A DNA stretch of 56,630 nucleotides, filler included, from Dugesia japonica (lineage: Eukaryota): assembly GCA_001938525.1 (NCBI GenBank). It is 4 parts of 4 records of this genome, joined end to end, with 100 filler letters (N's around TTAATTAATTAA, not from the genome) between each part and the next. Parts side by side here need not be neighbours in the genome. Positions count along the whole stretch, not along the records: positions 17,655 to 34,599 come from MQRL01648497.1; positions 34,700 to 46,352 come from MQRL01627485.1; positions 46,453 to 56,630 come from MQRL01539559.1; 1 more part is not named here. The stretch is one strand, 5' to 3'. A program made the position numbers and the translations under genes. This document shows, piece by piece, positions 32,822 to 46,511 of the stretch (the stretch's first letter is position 1; the number at the start of each line of letters is the position of its first letter). The notes under the pieces are model-generated. The model saw only the letters and a program-made list of their open reading frames with translations, had not been told where the DNA came from and ran no database searches.

Positions 32822-34599
32822 TGTTTTGAATTTGATTAAAAGTCTTGATTGTGCATTTCTTCACTTTTCATTATTCCAGTTTATTACAACTGTATTATTA
32901 AAGTAATTTGCAGATATTAACTCGATAATTAATTACAGTATTATTGGGATAATTTACATTTCACACAAAATAATTTCAATATAAAATTCAAAACTTTCCC
33001 AAGGTCAAAGCTATTTCTTACACAATAAATACTGTATTATTGGTTTTAAATATCTAAAGCTTTTCAAAAAAATCTTCATCAATTGTCTACCTGTAATGAT
33101 GATTACTAAACTTAAAAATTTGAATTTGAAGGATGCTTTTTATCTATGATTAGGTGATTGAGATGTAGTGAAATCTGCATCAATAGTGAGTTGTTGTTAT
33201 AAAGCTCTAGGGAATCCATTTGAATATGAAGCAATTAGAGATGATTAGAGATGAGAAGAAAAAGATAATGTATCAAAGTAATCAAAAATAACCCTATTAA
33301 ATAAATATAAATATTAACAATAGAAATTAATCACCATAATTTACAACAAAGAATTCAATTAATTTCAGTCGTAATTAAACCAAAATTTCTATTTCTCTTA
33401 GAAACCCATTAAAAAACAGATAATTTATAATGAAAATTTGATTATTTAACTATCACAATTATATTCAANNNNNNNNNNNNNNNNNNNNNNNNNNNNNNNN
33501 NNNNNNNNNNNNNNNNNNNNNNNNNNNNNNNNNNNNNNNNNNNNNNNNNNNNNNNNNNNNNNNNNNNNNNNNNNNNNNNNNNNNNNNNNNNNNNNNNNNN
33601 NNNNNNNNNNNNNNNNNNTTATTATTAAGTTATTTTGTTCAATTTTAATTTCTTTTGCTTAACTAAAAATATTGTTATTATTCCACGTTTCGGAGCAATT
33701 CGAATGATCTTAACTCGTTTCATGCATATTCAATCTCCCATTAGTGTTTTGCCATTCTTTAAAATTTTGATGATTCAATACAAAGTTATTTTTGGAGAAC
33801 TTCTTAAAACGGAAACAAAATAAAACATCTTTCACTTTTTATAATACTAACCAACTGCGATTGTATTTCTCCCATTAGGAAGTTTTCTAATATAGTTTCC
33901 AGTGGAAAATTTTCTTTTATTTCCACTTTTATCAATGGATACAGGAAAATCATAACTATTTTCACAGTTTTAGCACGAAAGTTGAAAATTAACCTTGAAA
34001 CGAGTGGTTTGTACAAAAATATGCACGAAACAAATTAGTTTGATTAGGTGATGAGTTGTGAGAACCTTTCACATTTTTCTTTATCTATTTATTTATTTTT
34101 ATTAGTAATTTTATTACGTAATAATTAATAACGTAATAACATTAATTAATAACATTATCTGATACATTATCAATTATTAACGTAATAATATTTGTTGATC
34201 TTCTACGCAAGTTTAACGTAATGTTTCCAGCATNAAGCCTTAATTCATAAATATAATTGCTATTATTTGGCCATGCTGGAAAACTAGAATAAATATTATA
34301 TGACCTCATAAAATTAGGAGCCAGTATAGTTATCCTTACGTGCTCAATTAATGTATCAATAATTATATCAATTAAATTCATGATGAGCAAAGATCATAAA
34401 ATCCACTCTATGAAATTAGTTTATTATATCATCAGAAAATTATAAATTGAATATAAATACTAACATTATAAACCTCTCAGCTTCATCTTCGAACTTTCTC
34501 AAATAAAATTGTTTTCATATTCCATCTAATACTTCTAAATCTTTCACAATTTTATCTTTAAAAGCGAAAATACTTAATAAACATTATATTATTTAATTA

Positions 34600-34699
34600 N
34601 NNNNNNNNNNNNNNNNNNNNNNNNNNNNNNNNNNNNNNNNNNNTTAATTAATTAANNNNNNNNNNNNNNNNNNNNNNNNNNNNNNNNNNNNNNNNNNNN
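34600..34699. other. Artificial contig linker (44N-TTAATTAATTAA-44N)
   Basis: Same structure as 17555-17654. Confidence 0.95.
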
Positions 34700-34719
34700 G
34701 GAACAAAATATTTCAGTTC

Positions 34720-36860
34720 AATAGATTGAAAATGAGTACTATCAGGTAGAGCTCGAAGAAAAATCTGAAGAAAAAACGGCGTTTTCAACGAAGCATGGAC
34801 AATATTGTTTTAATAGAATACCATTTGGCATCGCAGCTGCACCGGGAACAATTCAGAAGATGATGAAAAACGTGGTAAGCGGAATTGATAGATTCATGGT
34901 ATATCTTGTTGTTATTCTGATATGTGCGAACAAAAAAGATCAACACTATTAGTTAGATTGAGAGCTTCACAATTATCAAAAATCTTTATATCACAATTGT
35001 TTTAGTAAAGTTAAAAAAGATGTAAGAATAATCCACTATATTTAAACAAATAATCCATATCTGAGAATATAAAATTTATATTTAAAAATATCGATTTTCT
35101 TTTTAACAAACAAAAAAATACACATACGATATTTTATAATATTAATCTTTCAAAATAATTTTATAATTTTCCANNNNNNNNNNNNNNNNNNNNNNNNNNN
35201 NNNNNNNNNNNNNNNNNNNNNNNNNNNNNNNNNNNNNNNNNNNNNNNNNNNNNNNNNNNNNNNNNNNNNNNNNNNNNNNNNNNNNNNNNNNNTTTAAACA
35301 AAATTAAATTTTCAACAATATTTCGATAAAAAATGTGTTCTTTTTGAAAATCTCTAATATACATTTTTTTATAAAAATATTCTAAATAATTTTTAAATAT
35401 ATTTCAAGAATTAATTTATTATAATACTATATAATATATACCAAATTATTTTAATTAAAAATTCTCCCAGATAAGCATCATCTATGAATTACTCTTACAA
35501 ACAATATGAAGTAATAATAGAGTATTGGCGGAAATTATGAAGGTTGGTTTAAGAATCAAACCGAAAAAGTTTCAGTATCTTCCAAGTTAAATCAAATTTC
35601 AAGGGTATATAATAAGCAGATATGGTGTAAACCTAACTGCGTGAAGAAGTTGCGAAGTTTCTTAAAAATCTGTAATTACTACAGGAAGCTTATAGAAAAC
35701 TAGATAAAATATCAAGGATCGTAGAACAGTTGTGTAGCGGACTAAGCAACAACAAGTTGGAATGGACAGATGAAGTAAAAGATACTTTTAAGAGTCTAAA
35801 AAATCTATAATGATTGTTCCAATATTTTGTTTTCCAGACATAAACAAAAAATTTGTATATTATATATTATTTATATTAGATACATATGCCAGTTTCGATA
35901 CAATTGGCACAGTATTATCATAGAGAGATAAAGAAAGAAGAGAAAGAGTTTTTGATGTGGATCACAATCACTGACGGGTCATGAATAGACATATTGCATC
36001 CCACAAAAATAGTTATTGGCTGTTTATTATTTCTGCATGCATTTCTACTTGTACAGTAAAAGATTTTCTCTTAGGACAGATCATAAAGCTATAGCTTTCA
36101 TCATGACGATAAAGAAACCAAATAATTAATAATTATATAATTAATATTAATTATTAATAATAAATATAATTATTATAATTATAATAATAATTTTAATTAT
36201 CTGAATAGTCTAGATATCGTATTTGAGTATATAAAAGGAATTCAACATGGTAATGCAGATATGTTATCTAGACCAAGATGTGAGATTTGTGTACCATGTC
36301 AAATGTCATATGAATATGGTAATAAAAGGAAGATTAAAATAAGTATACTGAATATAATAAAAAAAAAATAGAGGATCAATTTAACATTTTTGAAGAAGAA
36401 GATTTAATCAAGGAGAAAAAACTTTCGTATGACAAAAACAATAGAAGAAATACACAAATTATTATGTCATACAGGAGCTAAATCGGTATTCAGATATATA
36501 ATAAATAAATACATTACAAAGAATTTGTGGAGCCAAATACAGAAGATAGTTTGCAATTGTGAAATTTGTCAGAAGACTAAGGTAATGACGACAGCAATTA
36601 AAAAGGGAATAAAGACATTAGAAGAAGACATTCACACTTATATATGTGAGTAAATGCGGGAAACATGTGGACGAAAAAATTCATTCTCAAAATAATATAC
36701 CAGTTCAGTAAATATCTGGTTCTTTTTAGCTCTGCCTAGACAAGACGAGGAAACAATCCAAAACACTAGTTTTGATAAGTGGACATTGAGATTTGGATGC
36801 CCAAGAGAGATAAGACTTGATTGTGAAAATGCCTTTAAGCCCAGAGTTATGTGAGAGAAT
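34720..36860 (+). mobile_element. Ty3/Gypsy LTR retrotransposon pol remnant (RT-RNaseH-integrase)
   Basis: RT: YYQVELEEKSEEKTAFSTKHGQYCFNRIPFGIAAAPGT. RNase H: LDTYASFDTIGTVLS, LRTDHKAI, GIQHGNADMLSR. Zn-binding: IHKLLCHTG..CEICQK. Integrase: RFGCPREIRLDC. Many stops. Confidence 0.9.
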
Positions 36861-37469
36861 TTTGAAAGTTTTAGAAATTAAAAAGCTTAGATCTAAATGG
36901 TTGTTACTTTAAAATTTTTTGTTAGAAATCTTAATCTCTTTTTTTGTTTTTTTATAAATGATGCAAGTACGTTTTGAAAAAAAGTTATTTATTTAAAAAG
37001 TATTATATTAATCCATAGAAAGACAACTTAGAATCTAACATAGTTTATGTATCGAAATTCTAATTAATTAACCTTGAAAAACAAATGTAAGAAGAAAACG
37101 ACTGCGATAATGAATGATGAAAGAAATGATTAATGACATAGACAATTTTTTTAGATTTCGACTTTGATTTATTTGCAGAATTTAGATTTAAATTAATTAA
37201 TAGGATTTTTAAATAATTAAAATAAAATTTATAAATAATACTTAAAATAAAATTTTTTAAAAATAAACCGAGTAAATTTTTTAAGAATTTAAAAAATAAA
37301 ACAAATTTTGAAAAACGATTTTAAATAAATAATTTTTTTTGAAATAATTTTGTTCATTAAGTTAAAGTGGAATCTCCAATTATTTAGACTTGTTTAATTT
37401 GTTTTAAAAGGCTCATTTGTAATAGTTACCTTAGTCTTTTAATAAATTTTCAATGGATTCAAATTCTTG

Positions 37470-37990
37470 TTCATTCGCAATGAAAACTTATTGTCTCGCA
37501 AGACTGCAACCAGTTNNNNNNNNNNNNNNNNNNNNNNNNNNNNNNNNNNNNNNNNNNNNNNNNNNNNNNNNNNNNNNNNNNNNNNNNNNNNNNNNNNNNN
37601 NNNNNNNNNNNNNNNNNNNNNNNTGATAAGATGAGTGCTTCAGCAATATTATGAGGCTTACCAAATTTTGCTGAGTATGGTACGATGCAACCAGTACGTC
37701 TACTGCTTTTGCGTTATTTTTTGAAACATTGAGGTAATTGTTTGTCGTTCCTTGAATTGCTTAAGCAGAATTTTATAATTATCTAGTGGTTTATCTTTTT
37801 TGTCTGAGTGCATAGAATTTAAATGGTATTGAAGGCGTTATGGCTTCACAACTTCATTTGAATAGGTTTGTTTAAAAATAAGGTACATTGGAATTTGCTT
37901 GCCATTAAGAGCTTTAATAAAGCCATTTGAGAAAGTCCAATGAATACTTCCGGCAACATTTCTTCTTTGTCCTTATTCAATCCCGAGGAT
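37470..37990 (-). mobile_element. hAT (Charlie/Buster-type) transposase 5' remnant
   Basis: Minus-strand fragments YSNEVVKP*RLQYHLNSMHSDKKDKPLD (degenerate BED finger), AKFGKPHNIAEALI and LRDNKFSL. Confidence 0.75.
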
Positions 37991-38739
37991 AATCAAATGC
38001 AAACAAACGTATTTGAAAAGTATTTAAGTCGACAAGCAAGCACTATTCCTACATGTATTGTACTGTTGACACACGTATTACTGATAATAGCAAAAGACAA
38101 AGTGCACAAACCTTAAAAGAGCAGTTGCACTGTCTGTACTTTGTAAGATGAGTAAGTGAATGAAAACGCTAGAGCGCTGTACTGTAAGTTGTCTGAAATT
38201 GCTTTGAGTTTGTATTACCTGAATTATAAGTAACAGAACTTTTATAAGTGGATGTACATGTTGCATTTGCTATTTAAAGCTGAGTACAGATACAAGGACA
38301 ACGCTGCTAAGTTGATTGGTTATTGTTCTTGGTGAATGGTGCTTGGTTTATGTGAGTGAGTGTTCGTATGCAAGTACATATGCTATTAATAGTTACTTTT
38401 AATGCACTTACCGAAATTGTTTTCAAAACTATGTTTACATATTTGAGAAATATAAACAAAACTACTTATCCTTCTAAACCACGCTTCAAAAAATGCATTA
38501 TCCAAGGGACTAATTGAGCCATGTAGTTTTGAAATAAATATAAGATAAAGAGTTAGTTAATTTATTAACTTTTGACGATTATTTGAAAATACAAAGCTCT
38601 TCTGTAAATTTATTCTACCATTCCTCAAATATTTTAAATTAACAGATTTTCTATGTACTACTCGATTCATATATCTTTTTAAAAATATCACAGAAATAAT
38701 GATGTACTAATTATATTTAACAAATATTTGGTTTTTTAG

Positions 38740-40244
38740 GAATAATTATCATGGAAAATGAGAGAATCAACATAGATTTGGACGCGGTCACCGAACAAAT
38801 AGAGCAATCCTTCCAAATGCTCCACAATGCTTTACATACGAGACAAAATCAAATAGTTTCCCAGTTAAACAGCTTAACAAATTTTGAGAATGATAGCGAA
38901 ATAGCTTATGATAACGAAATTGCAGCAGACAATAGATTTTCAGATGAAATGATTTCAAACCAACTGAAATTCTTTGGTATAAAGATGGATGATGTATTAA
39001 AAGAAATCCGGGAATTTGGCACAATATCTATGACATCAGTGAATGCTAAACTGTCTACCATTGAAGATCAGAACATACTGAGCAAATTTCCAATAAATGA
39101 AGACATAAAAGTATCACTAATTTTAAAAGATAGTGATGGGAAATTAGTAACGGAAAGAGGTATTTTAGATCCAAAGGTTCATATAGAACNAAAAAACTTA
39201 GCTAGGCCTCAATGTGATATAATTGAATCGGAAATACCTCATTTGATTGATTTAAATATAAAATTACCACAGCTCGGAGAATATGAGCTTTCTGTAAAGT
39301 TCTGTGAGAGTTCAATACAAGGATCCCCATTTACGTTGATAGGTTCTTTGCTTCCTGTTCACAAACCAATGGTTATTCTAAAGCCATCAGAAACCACTAA
39401 TGTGGATTATTTATATAAAATAGGTAGTAAAGGATTTAAACTATGTGATTTCGGTAATCCTCAGTCTATTATAACCAGTGGAGATAGAATTCTTGTAACA
39501 GATAGTGGTAATTCATGTATACAAATCTATCATGAAAACGGAGAGTATTTAACTTGTTTCGGACCAAGAGAAAAGAAAAATGGACGGCTATTAAGACCCA
39601 TAGATATCGCTGAAACTCCAAATGGACATTATTTGGTAACTGACTTTGAACTGAAAATAATTCTTGTGTACGATCTTTTAGGAAATTATGTATCTTCATT
39701 TGGCCATAAAATACTTGTAGGTCCAAAAGGTATTTGCGTTGATAGAAATGGTCAAATCATTGTTGCAGATAATAAAGATTCGAGTTTGGTATTTTTTCGA
39801 GGAAATGGAAAATTTATTAAAAGAGTCAAAGATAAACCAAAAAGCGAAAATAAATTAGCAGGGCCTCATTTTGTGGTAATAATTTCAACAGGTGAAATTT
39901 TGGTGACAGACTTTTACAATCACTGTGTCAAAGTATTTGACAAAGAAGGAAATTATCAAGATGAATTTGGTAAACATGGTGACGATTGGGGAGAATTCAA
40001 TTATCCAACTGGCATTTGTTGTTCTAATGAAGACGATATAATTGTTTCAGATTGGGGTAACTCAAGAATTGTGGTTGGTTTTTTATTNNNNNNNNNNNNN
40101 NNNNNNNNNNNNNNNNNNNNNNNNNNNNNNNNNNNNNNNNNNNNNNNNNNNNNNNNNNNNNNNNNNNNNNNNNNNNNNNNNNNNNNNNNNNNNNNNNNNN
40201 NNNNNNNNNNNNNNNNNNNNNNNNNNNNNNNNNNNNNNNNNNNN

Positions 40245-40296
<52 letters not shown>

Positions 40297-40879
40297 TTCT
40301 GACCAAATAATAATCTCAATTGATAAAAATATTAGGACAAAATAGCAAAACGACACTCTAAGTGACATTGTCGAAATATTGTTCAATTTTGCAATATATT
40401 TAAAAAGGATCAGGAGGAAATGATAACTTATTATGATAATTTATAACTGAAATGAATAGTTAAATAGAGATATGGAGTTCTTGTAATTAATTCTGATCAA
40501 CTGTATTTTTTATAAAATTTGTAACCTACAAAACCATCATAAATTCATCATATCCAGTAAATGATCATATCCGCAATATCTCACTAAGCCATCATCATCA
40601 TTATTATTAAATCATTTTCAAGGCTTTCTAGAGATTTATGAAGTGAAAAATTTATTATTTGATAATAATTATGTCTCAGTATAATTTACTGATGAATTTT
40701 AATTTGATAGCATCGAATACATATGAGGTCTTGATCACTGATTGGCGACGTAAATCACAAGATTCCATGCATAACAAATATTATTTAAAAAAATAGAGTC
40801 ACAATTCGAAATGTGGAGTCTGTTGAATAATTAAATTTGAAAAATATAATCCATCAATTGAAAATTGATTATAAAAATC

Positions 40880-40948
<69 letters not shown>

Positions 40949-41115
40949 NNNNNNNNNNNNNNNNNNNNNNNNNNNNNNNNNNNNNNNNNNNNNNNNNNNN
41001 NNNNNNNNNNNNNNNNNNNNNNNNNNNNNNNNNNNNNNNNNNNNNNNNNNNNNNNNNNNNNNNNNNNNNNNNNNNNNNNNNNNNNNNNNNNNNNNNNNNN
41101 NNNNNNNNNNNNNNN

Positions 41116-41180
<65 letters not shown>

Positions 41181-44100
41181 GTATTATAAGAATATTAATT
41201 TAAAATGTGATGCTGTTATTAACGTCAGCGTTTCTTGAATCTTTTATTGAGATAGAGAAATTAGTTGATTTAGTTGACTTTGGTAGCTTATTTAGATTAT
41301 TTTAATAAAAAAATACTATATAAACAAAGCGAATATTATAGACAAGTATAGACAAAACGATGGTAAATAATTTCATTATTATCATATAATGGATGTACGA
41401 GAATTTTAACGATTTACGAAGATTTAAGAGTTGTTTAATTAATACAAATAACGAGTGGGTTTTTAATTAAATAAATATTTTTACTTATTAATTGTTATTA
41501 TTCTATGATGAAGATAGATAAAAATATTGTAACTGGTGATCACGCCAAAAATATTAATGCTGTAACAAGACAGCAACAACGAAAATTAATTTTAAATGTT
41601 CTACTAAAGAATCACTTGAATTGATAAATTTGAATGCTCGGAAGTATGATAGTAAAGATCATTAAGAAGATTTAAAATGGTTCCAAGACAAAATAATGTT
41701 TTAAATGATTTAAATCTGATAGGTATTTTTGATTAATTATGGTTTGAAAAAGCTAGAATGCTGTGAAAAAAATATAAATGAGATGGAGTCACAACTGATT
41801 ATACCAAGAAATAGTTTCTGGATACGTTTACAGTAAAAAAAATCAGAGCTGATTTAGTAACTAGTTATATTTAGACAAGAAACTGATGAAAGATTTTTAA
41901 CCTTTGAGATTCGTGTAAGAAATTTGATTAATAATGTTTTGAATTCAAGGTTTATCGTGAATGAAATAGTTAATGATGTACTGTCAATGAAAGTAAAAAA
42001 TGAGAATTTTAGGGGAGCGACTTCATAATAGAAAATTTTATTGTTGGGAGAACAACAATCTAGGAGTTAGTAATGCCCATTAAAGGATAGATGTTTAATA
42101 TGAAGTAAAACTGGCCATAGTTTTGCGCAATTTCAGACGTAACAGGGTTGTTTAGATACATCCAGAACTCTCGATTTTTATTTTATTGAGATAAGTAAAT
42201 TTGTAGTATAAATGTGCACATTTTTATTTTGGGTTTTTGTTAAAAAATTTGAAAAATTTTGTTCAAACTGAGATCTGTTCATTTAAAGTTGCAGATTAAA
42301 AACCACCATTTATTTATTTACAGTAGATATATGTGAGCTTTAATTATGTGGAGTATGAAGCAGCCAGTTCATTTTGTAATCGATGTCAAGATTACGGCAA
42401 ACATGTGACTATATATGATTACACAATAATTAAGAATAAAATAATAATAACTGCATAATAATAACTAGCAATTCTAACGTCATGATTACATCATATATAC
42501 ACAATCCCTCAGACAAATTCATTTTTATACGAATAGATAGTAGTGCACGNNNNNNNNNNNNNNNNNNNNNNNNNNNNNNNNNNNNNNNNNNNNNNNNNNN
42601 NNNNNNNNNNNNNNNNNNNNNNNNNNNNNNNNNNNNNNNNNNNNNNNNNNNNNNNNNNAATTATTCGAAAACCTAATTTAACATTGAAATTTTATCAGAA
42701 AAGTCCATTTTTGTTAAAATTTCTTAATTTTTTGAATTTTTTGCAAAAATTAGTATTTTTTCAAACCATGAAAATTTATATACTAGTTTGCTGTAAATTT
42801 CCTTGGAATGATATTTGGTAAAATTTTTATTTTTTTGAAAATATTTTGTGTTCTCAAATTTTATTATCAGATTATCTATTCAATATAGATTTTTACTCTG
42901 AGTAAGAATATTATAATTAAAAATCGCCAAACTTTAATCTTAATGAAATAAATTGAAAAAACCAAAACTTAATAAAAAACAATAAAGTACGTAAATTGTG
43001 TGTACACGTAAGCTGTTAAGGAACAAAAGGTCGTATGCATAACAGTCGTATGCATTAACAGTCGTATGCATAAAAAGTTCCCCACCAATATTATTATTAG
43101 AAACTGCCTTAACGTATTAACATTAAATATCAGTTGTTCCCCTGGAACATTAATATTAATTACACCACAAGCAATATTATTGTTAGATTTTCCCTGGAGG
43201 AATATTTAAAATTTTGAAAGTTTGCAATAAATACTAATACTGAATTTAAACAAATTGTATTAACATGTCCAAAAGATTTCATAAATAATTTAATTAGAAT
43301 AATTTTAAACACAGTAATGCTTGGTTTATTAAATTTATTATAATTTCCAAAGTAATAATTAGAGTAAACCTATAATTATCGCAGTAAAGACTGTTATTTT
43401 GAAGTAAAAACTATTATTTTACCAGATATCAAGGATATTTATTGAATTCATTGTATCAAGTGAAATTATTAATTTATACTAGTAGTCAATGGATTATATA
43501 GCTCTCCGGAGGATATAACACTAAAAGCCAAAGAATCATTGCAATACTTCAACAATACAATTTATGATTTTATATAATTTAGATAAATAAAAAGAAATTT
43601 TACAAGTCGAGATGATAAAATCCCTTTTAATATCAAAATAATTATGAAATCCTTTTGAAGATCAAGTAAAATCTTATGAAATACTGTAAATTTTATAGGT
43701 CTAAAATAGCAATTACTCTTACACAATCCCTAACCCTTAAAAACTCTTAACCCAAACCTTAACAATAAAACTAACATTAACTCTAAGATCAATCCAAACG
43801 CTAACATTTAATNNNNNNNNNNNNNNNNNNNNNNNNNNNNNNNNNNNNNNNNNNNNNNNNNNNNNNNNNNNNNNNNNNNNNNNNNNNNNNNNNNNNNNNN
43901 NNNNNNNNNNNNNNNNNNNNNTATAAAAACAATTATAAAACCCCGATAAAACTCTGAAAAAACCATAACCTTAATCCTAACCATAACTCTAATCTTAACA
44001 AAACCTTAAAAACCTTCGAAAATACGTTAAAGATTATAATAAAACTACAATAAAATACTGTTCCATGTAATCATTTAATTTATTCATTAACATAACATCA

Positions 44101-46352
44101 CTCTAAACCTGATGAAAATACTATAAAACCATAGAAAACCATAGAAATTCAAGAAATTCTTTAAATGCATATAGTATTCAATAGAATACTTTAATTCCTA
44201 AACCTTAAAAACACTATAATACCCTAAAACTCTGGAAACCCTTATAAACTTATATAAAATCCATTAAAAAACCTATAAATCTTTATCGCTTAATCACTTA
44301 AAACATTTTAAAATTTCAGAAAATTCTTAAAAAATCTTTAAAACCCTAAACAATTCCAGTTAATTCTATAAAACTATATAAAACTTTTTAAAAAAGAATT
44401 AATTAAAGTGTAATTTATTTAAATCAAGTTACTCCCACGAGAAATCTGAACATTAAAATTCGATGTATGTTTTAATAAATAAATAATAATTCTAAGAAAA
44501 TTCTCAGCAAACTGGTATAACATTTTTCTAAATTTATAAAAACACCTTTTTTTGAATATGTTTTTTAAAAATCGGCTAAGTTAAACAAATATGAGCTTTC
44601 TTGCGGAATTTACTTGAGAAAATAAAGTTTTCAAGTGGTTACATGATNTAAGACCTAATTATAATGTAATCAAAAGAATTGTACATTTTTTAACTATTAC
44701 ATAACTGCTACATATTGTGACGGAATAAGTATTATTCTGTAACTCTTATATGGGTTACATAAATATTATATATTCATGACATTATCACGTCTGATGACGT
44801 TCCCATATATTGATTACATAAATCTGTCAGCGGGGGAGGTTGTTCCCATGTGCCACTATTCATCTGTGAAGCAATATTGAGATAATCACGTATGTCTGAC
44901 ATGCTGATTANAAAATACTTTAAACTGAATCTGAGCTTCCTACTTCACTATATATGATTACGTAAAGAGGAAGGTTTTTGGAGCAGAAAGCTTGCATGTT
45001 TCTACTATTTACAGGAAACATGGAAAAATATTAAATAAAAAAAAGATAAACCTAAAATCAATATAATTTATAATTTAATCATTATCAATCACAATTATTA
45101 ATCACAATTATTTCTGAAGAAGACGAAATAGTCGCATATTTGCATATCTATAAAACAACAATTTAATTTCTTCGAAGCCATTACTTTTTTTTAATTAAAC
45201 AATTTATAATAAATACAGGTTATTTTGCAGAAATATATTTAAAAAGTTTCAAGATATATTTAAAATAATGTATGAAGAAAATATAAGACAATCAAATATT
45301 GTTCTATAATATCTATTTATCATATCTATTTTGCTTATTTTTTTCGAGTTTTATTAAAACTTGAGTATCATCAATATCATTGGATAATGTTTGTTATTTC
45401 GATGTATTCATTTTTTGAAAGTGTGTCATATCATGTAAATTCAAACAAATTTTAAATATATTTCTGCAAAAACCTATAAAATAAATTATCCAATTAAAAT
45501 GCAATAAAATAAAATAAATTTAAAATATTATTTCTATATTTTTTAGTAGCATAAACATAGAAAAATAGTCAACGAAAATTTCGATAATTAACAAAAACTT
45601 AAAAATATTTTATAATTTACTCTTTTTACGTATGAAGATTTGACAAAATTAGATCGGTGGTAAATAGTAAAATTAACTTGGGAAATAGTTGATTAATGAA
45701 TATTACTCAAACATTATCTAATACAATCCATTGTAAAATATTAAACCAACAATTTCCCTTAAATATTCACACCTTTGCTCAAAACAAATAATACCATCTC
45801 ATAAATCACGTATTTCTCAAACAAAAAAACAATAAATGTGAACAGAAATAAAATTTAGTTTCTCATTATTATTGTAAATCAATGAAAGAAAGTTAATAAC
45901 CTCATTTTATCAGCCATGCCTACTAGGAAAATAAACATCTTAACTGAAATTTTGTTTATTTTCATTATCTCATCATTAATTTTAAATAATATTTAATATA
46001 AATTTTAATTTTTTTATTTTATATTTTATATTATTTATATTTTATTTAACTTTATAATCATATTTATTAACAGAAATTAATTTTCTATTTTATTAATATT
46101 TGTAATATACTTACTATTCATTTGCTATGTTGCCATTTTACTTTATTATATAATTAAAACAAAATATTTCAATATAAACCAAAAGTAGAGATTTGCATAT
46201 TAATATAAATTTCTATACCAGATTTTCAATAATCGATTCATGTGCACAAGGATACTGAAATCAAAAGAAGAGCCACTCTGTGGACCACAAGGAATCACAT
46301 TAAATAGAACTAATTCAGAAATATTAATTGTTGACTCTGGGAACCACTGTTT
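38740..46352 (+). CDS. TRIM2/TRIM3-like protein (coiled coil, filamin-type Ig domain, NHL beta-propeller); exons 38740-40073 and 46222->46352
   Basis: Filamin motif GEYELSVKFCESSIQGSPF and NHL repeats (GPKGICVDRNGQIIVADNK, AGPHFV, VTDFYNHCVKVFD, FNYPTGI, SDWGNSRI). The last exon IFNNRF...EPLCGPQGITL...VDSGNHC follows a cag acceptor at 46221 and runs into the linker. RING and B-box were not found. Confidence 0.9.
40245..41180. repeat. (ATT)n and (AAT)n microsatellites in the TRIM intron, partly N
   Basis: Pure trinucleotide runs at 40245-40295 and 40881-41180. Confidence 0.95.
41389..42140 (+). pseudogene. Possible LTR-retrotransposon gag remnant
   Basis: Degenerate zinc knuckle DRCLI*SKTGHSFAQF near 42087-42135 and a PBS-like TGGTAGC at 41281. 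Heavily decayed. Confidence 0.35.
45187..45499. repeat. MITE-like inverted repeat
   Basis: AGGTTATTTTGCAGAAATATATTTAAAA (~45217-45244) versus TTTTAAATATATTTCTGCAAAAACCT (~45450-45476), with weaker extension outward. Confidence 0.65.
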
Positions 46353-46452
46353 NNNNNNNNNNNNNNNNNNNNNNNNNNNNNNNNNNNNNNNNNNNNTTAA
46401 TTAATTAANNNNNNNNNNNNNNNNNNNNNNNNNNNNNNNNNNNNNNNNNNNN
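46353..46452. other. Artificial contig linker (44N-TTAATTAATTAA-44N)
   Basis: Same structure as 17555-17654. Confidence 0.95.

Positions 46453-46511
<59 letters not shown>

Noticed and set aside
32830-34560. Minus-strand exon-like frames with in-frame TAA (possible alternative genetic code)
   Set aside because: The host genes here end in TAA and read normally in the standard code. These frames have no recognisable homology and are more likely decayed sequence.
40024-41118. Poly-I/N/Y ORFs in the ORF track
   Set aside because: These are translations of (ATT)n microsatellites and N gaps inside an intron.
43730-44390. Interstitial telomeric repeat
   Set aside because: It is too degenerate, with no run of exact TTAGGG/TTAGG units.
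45112-45150. Hammerhead ribozyme-like CTGAAGA-AGAC..GTC
   Set aside because: The required GAAA after stem II is absent (GCAT) and there are no convincing stems I and III.
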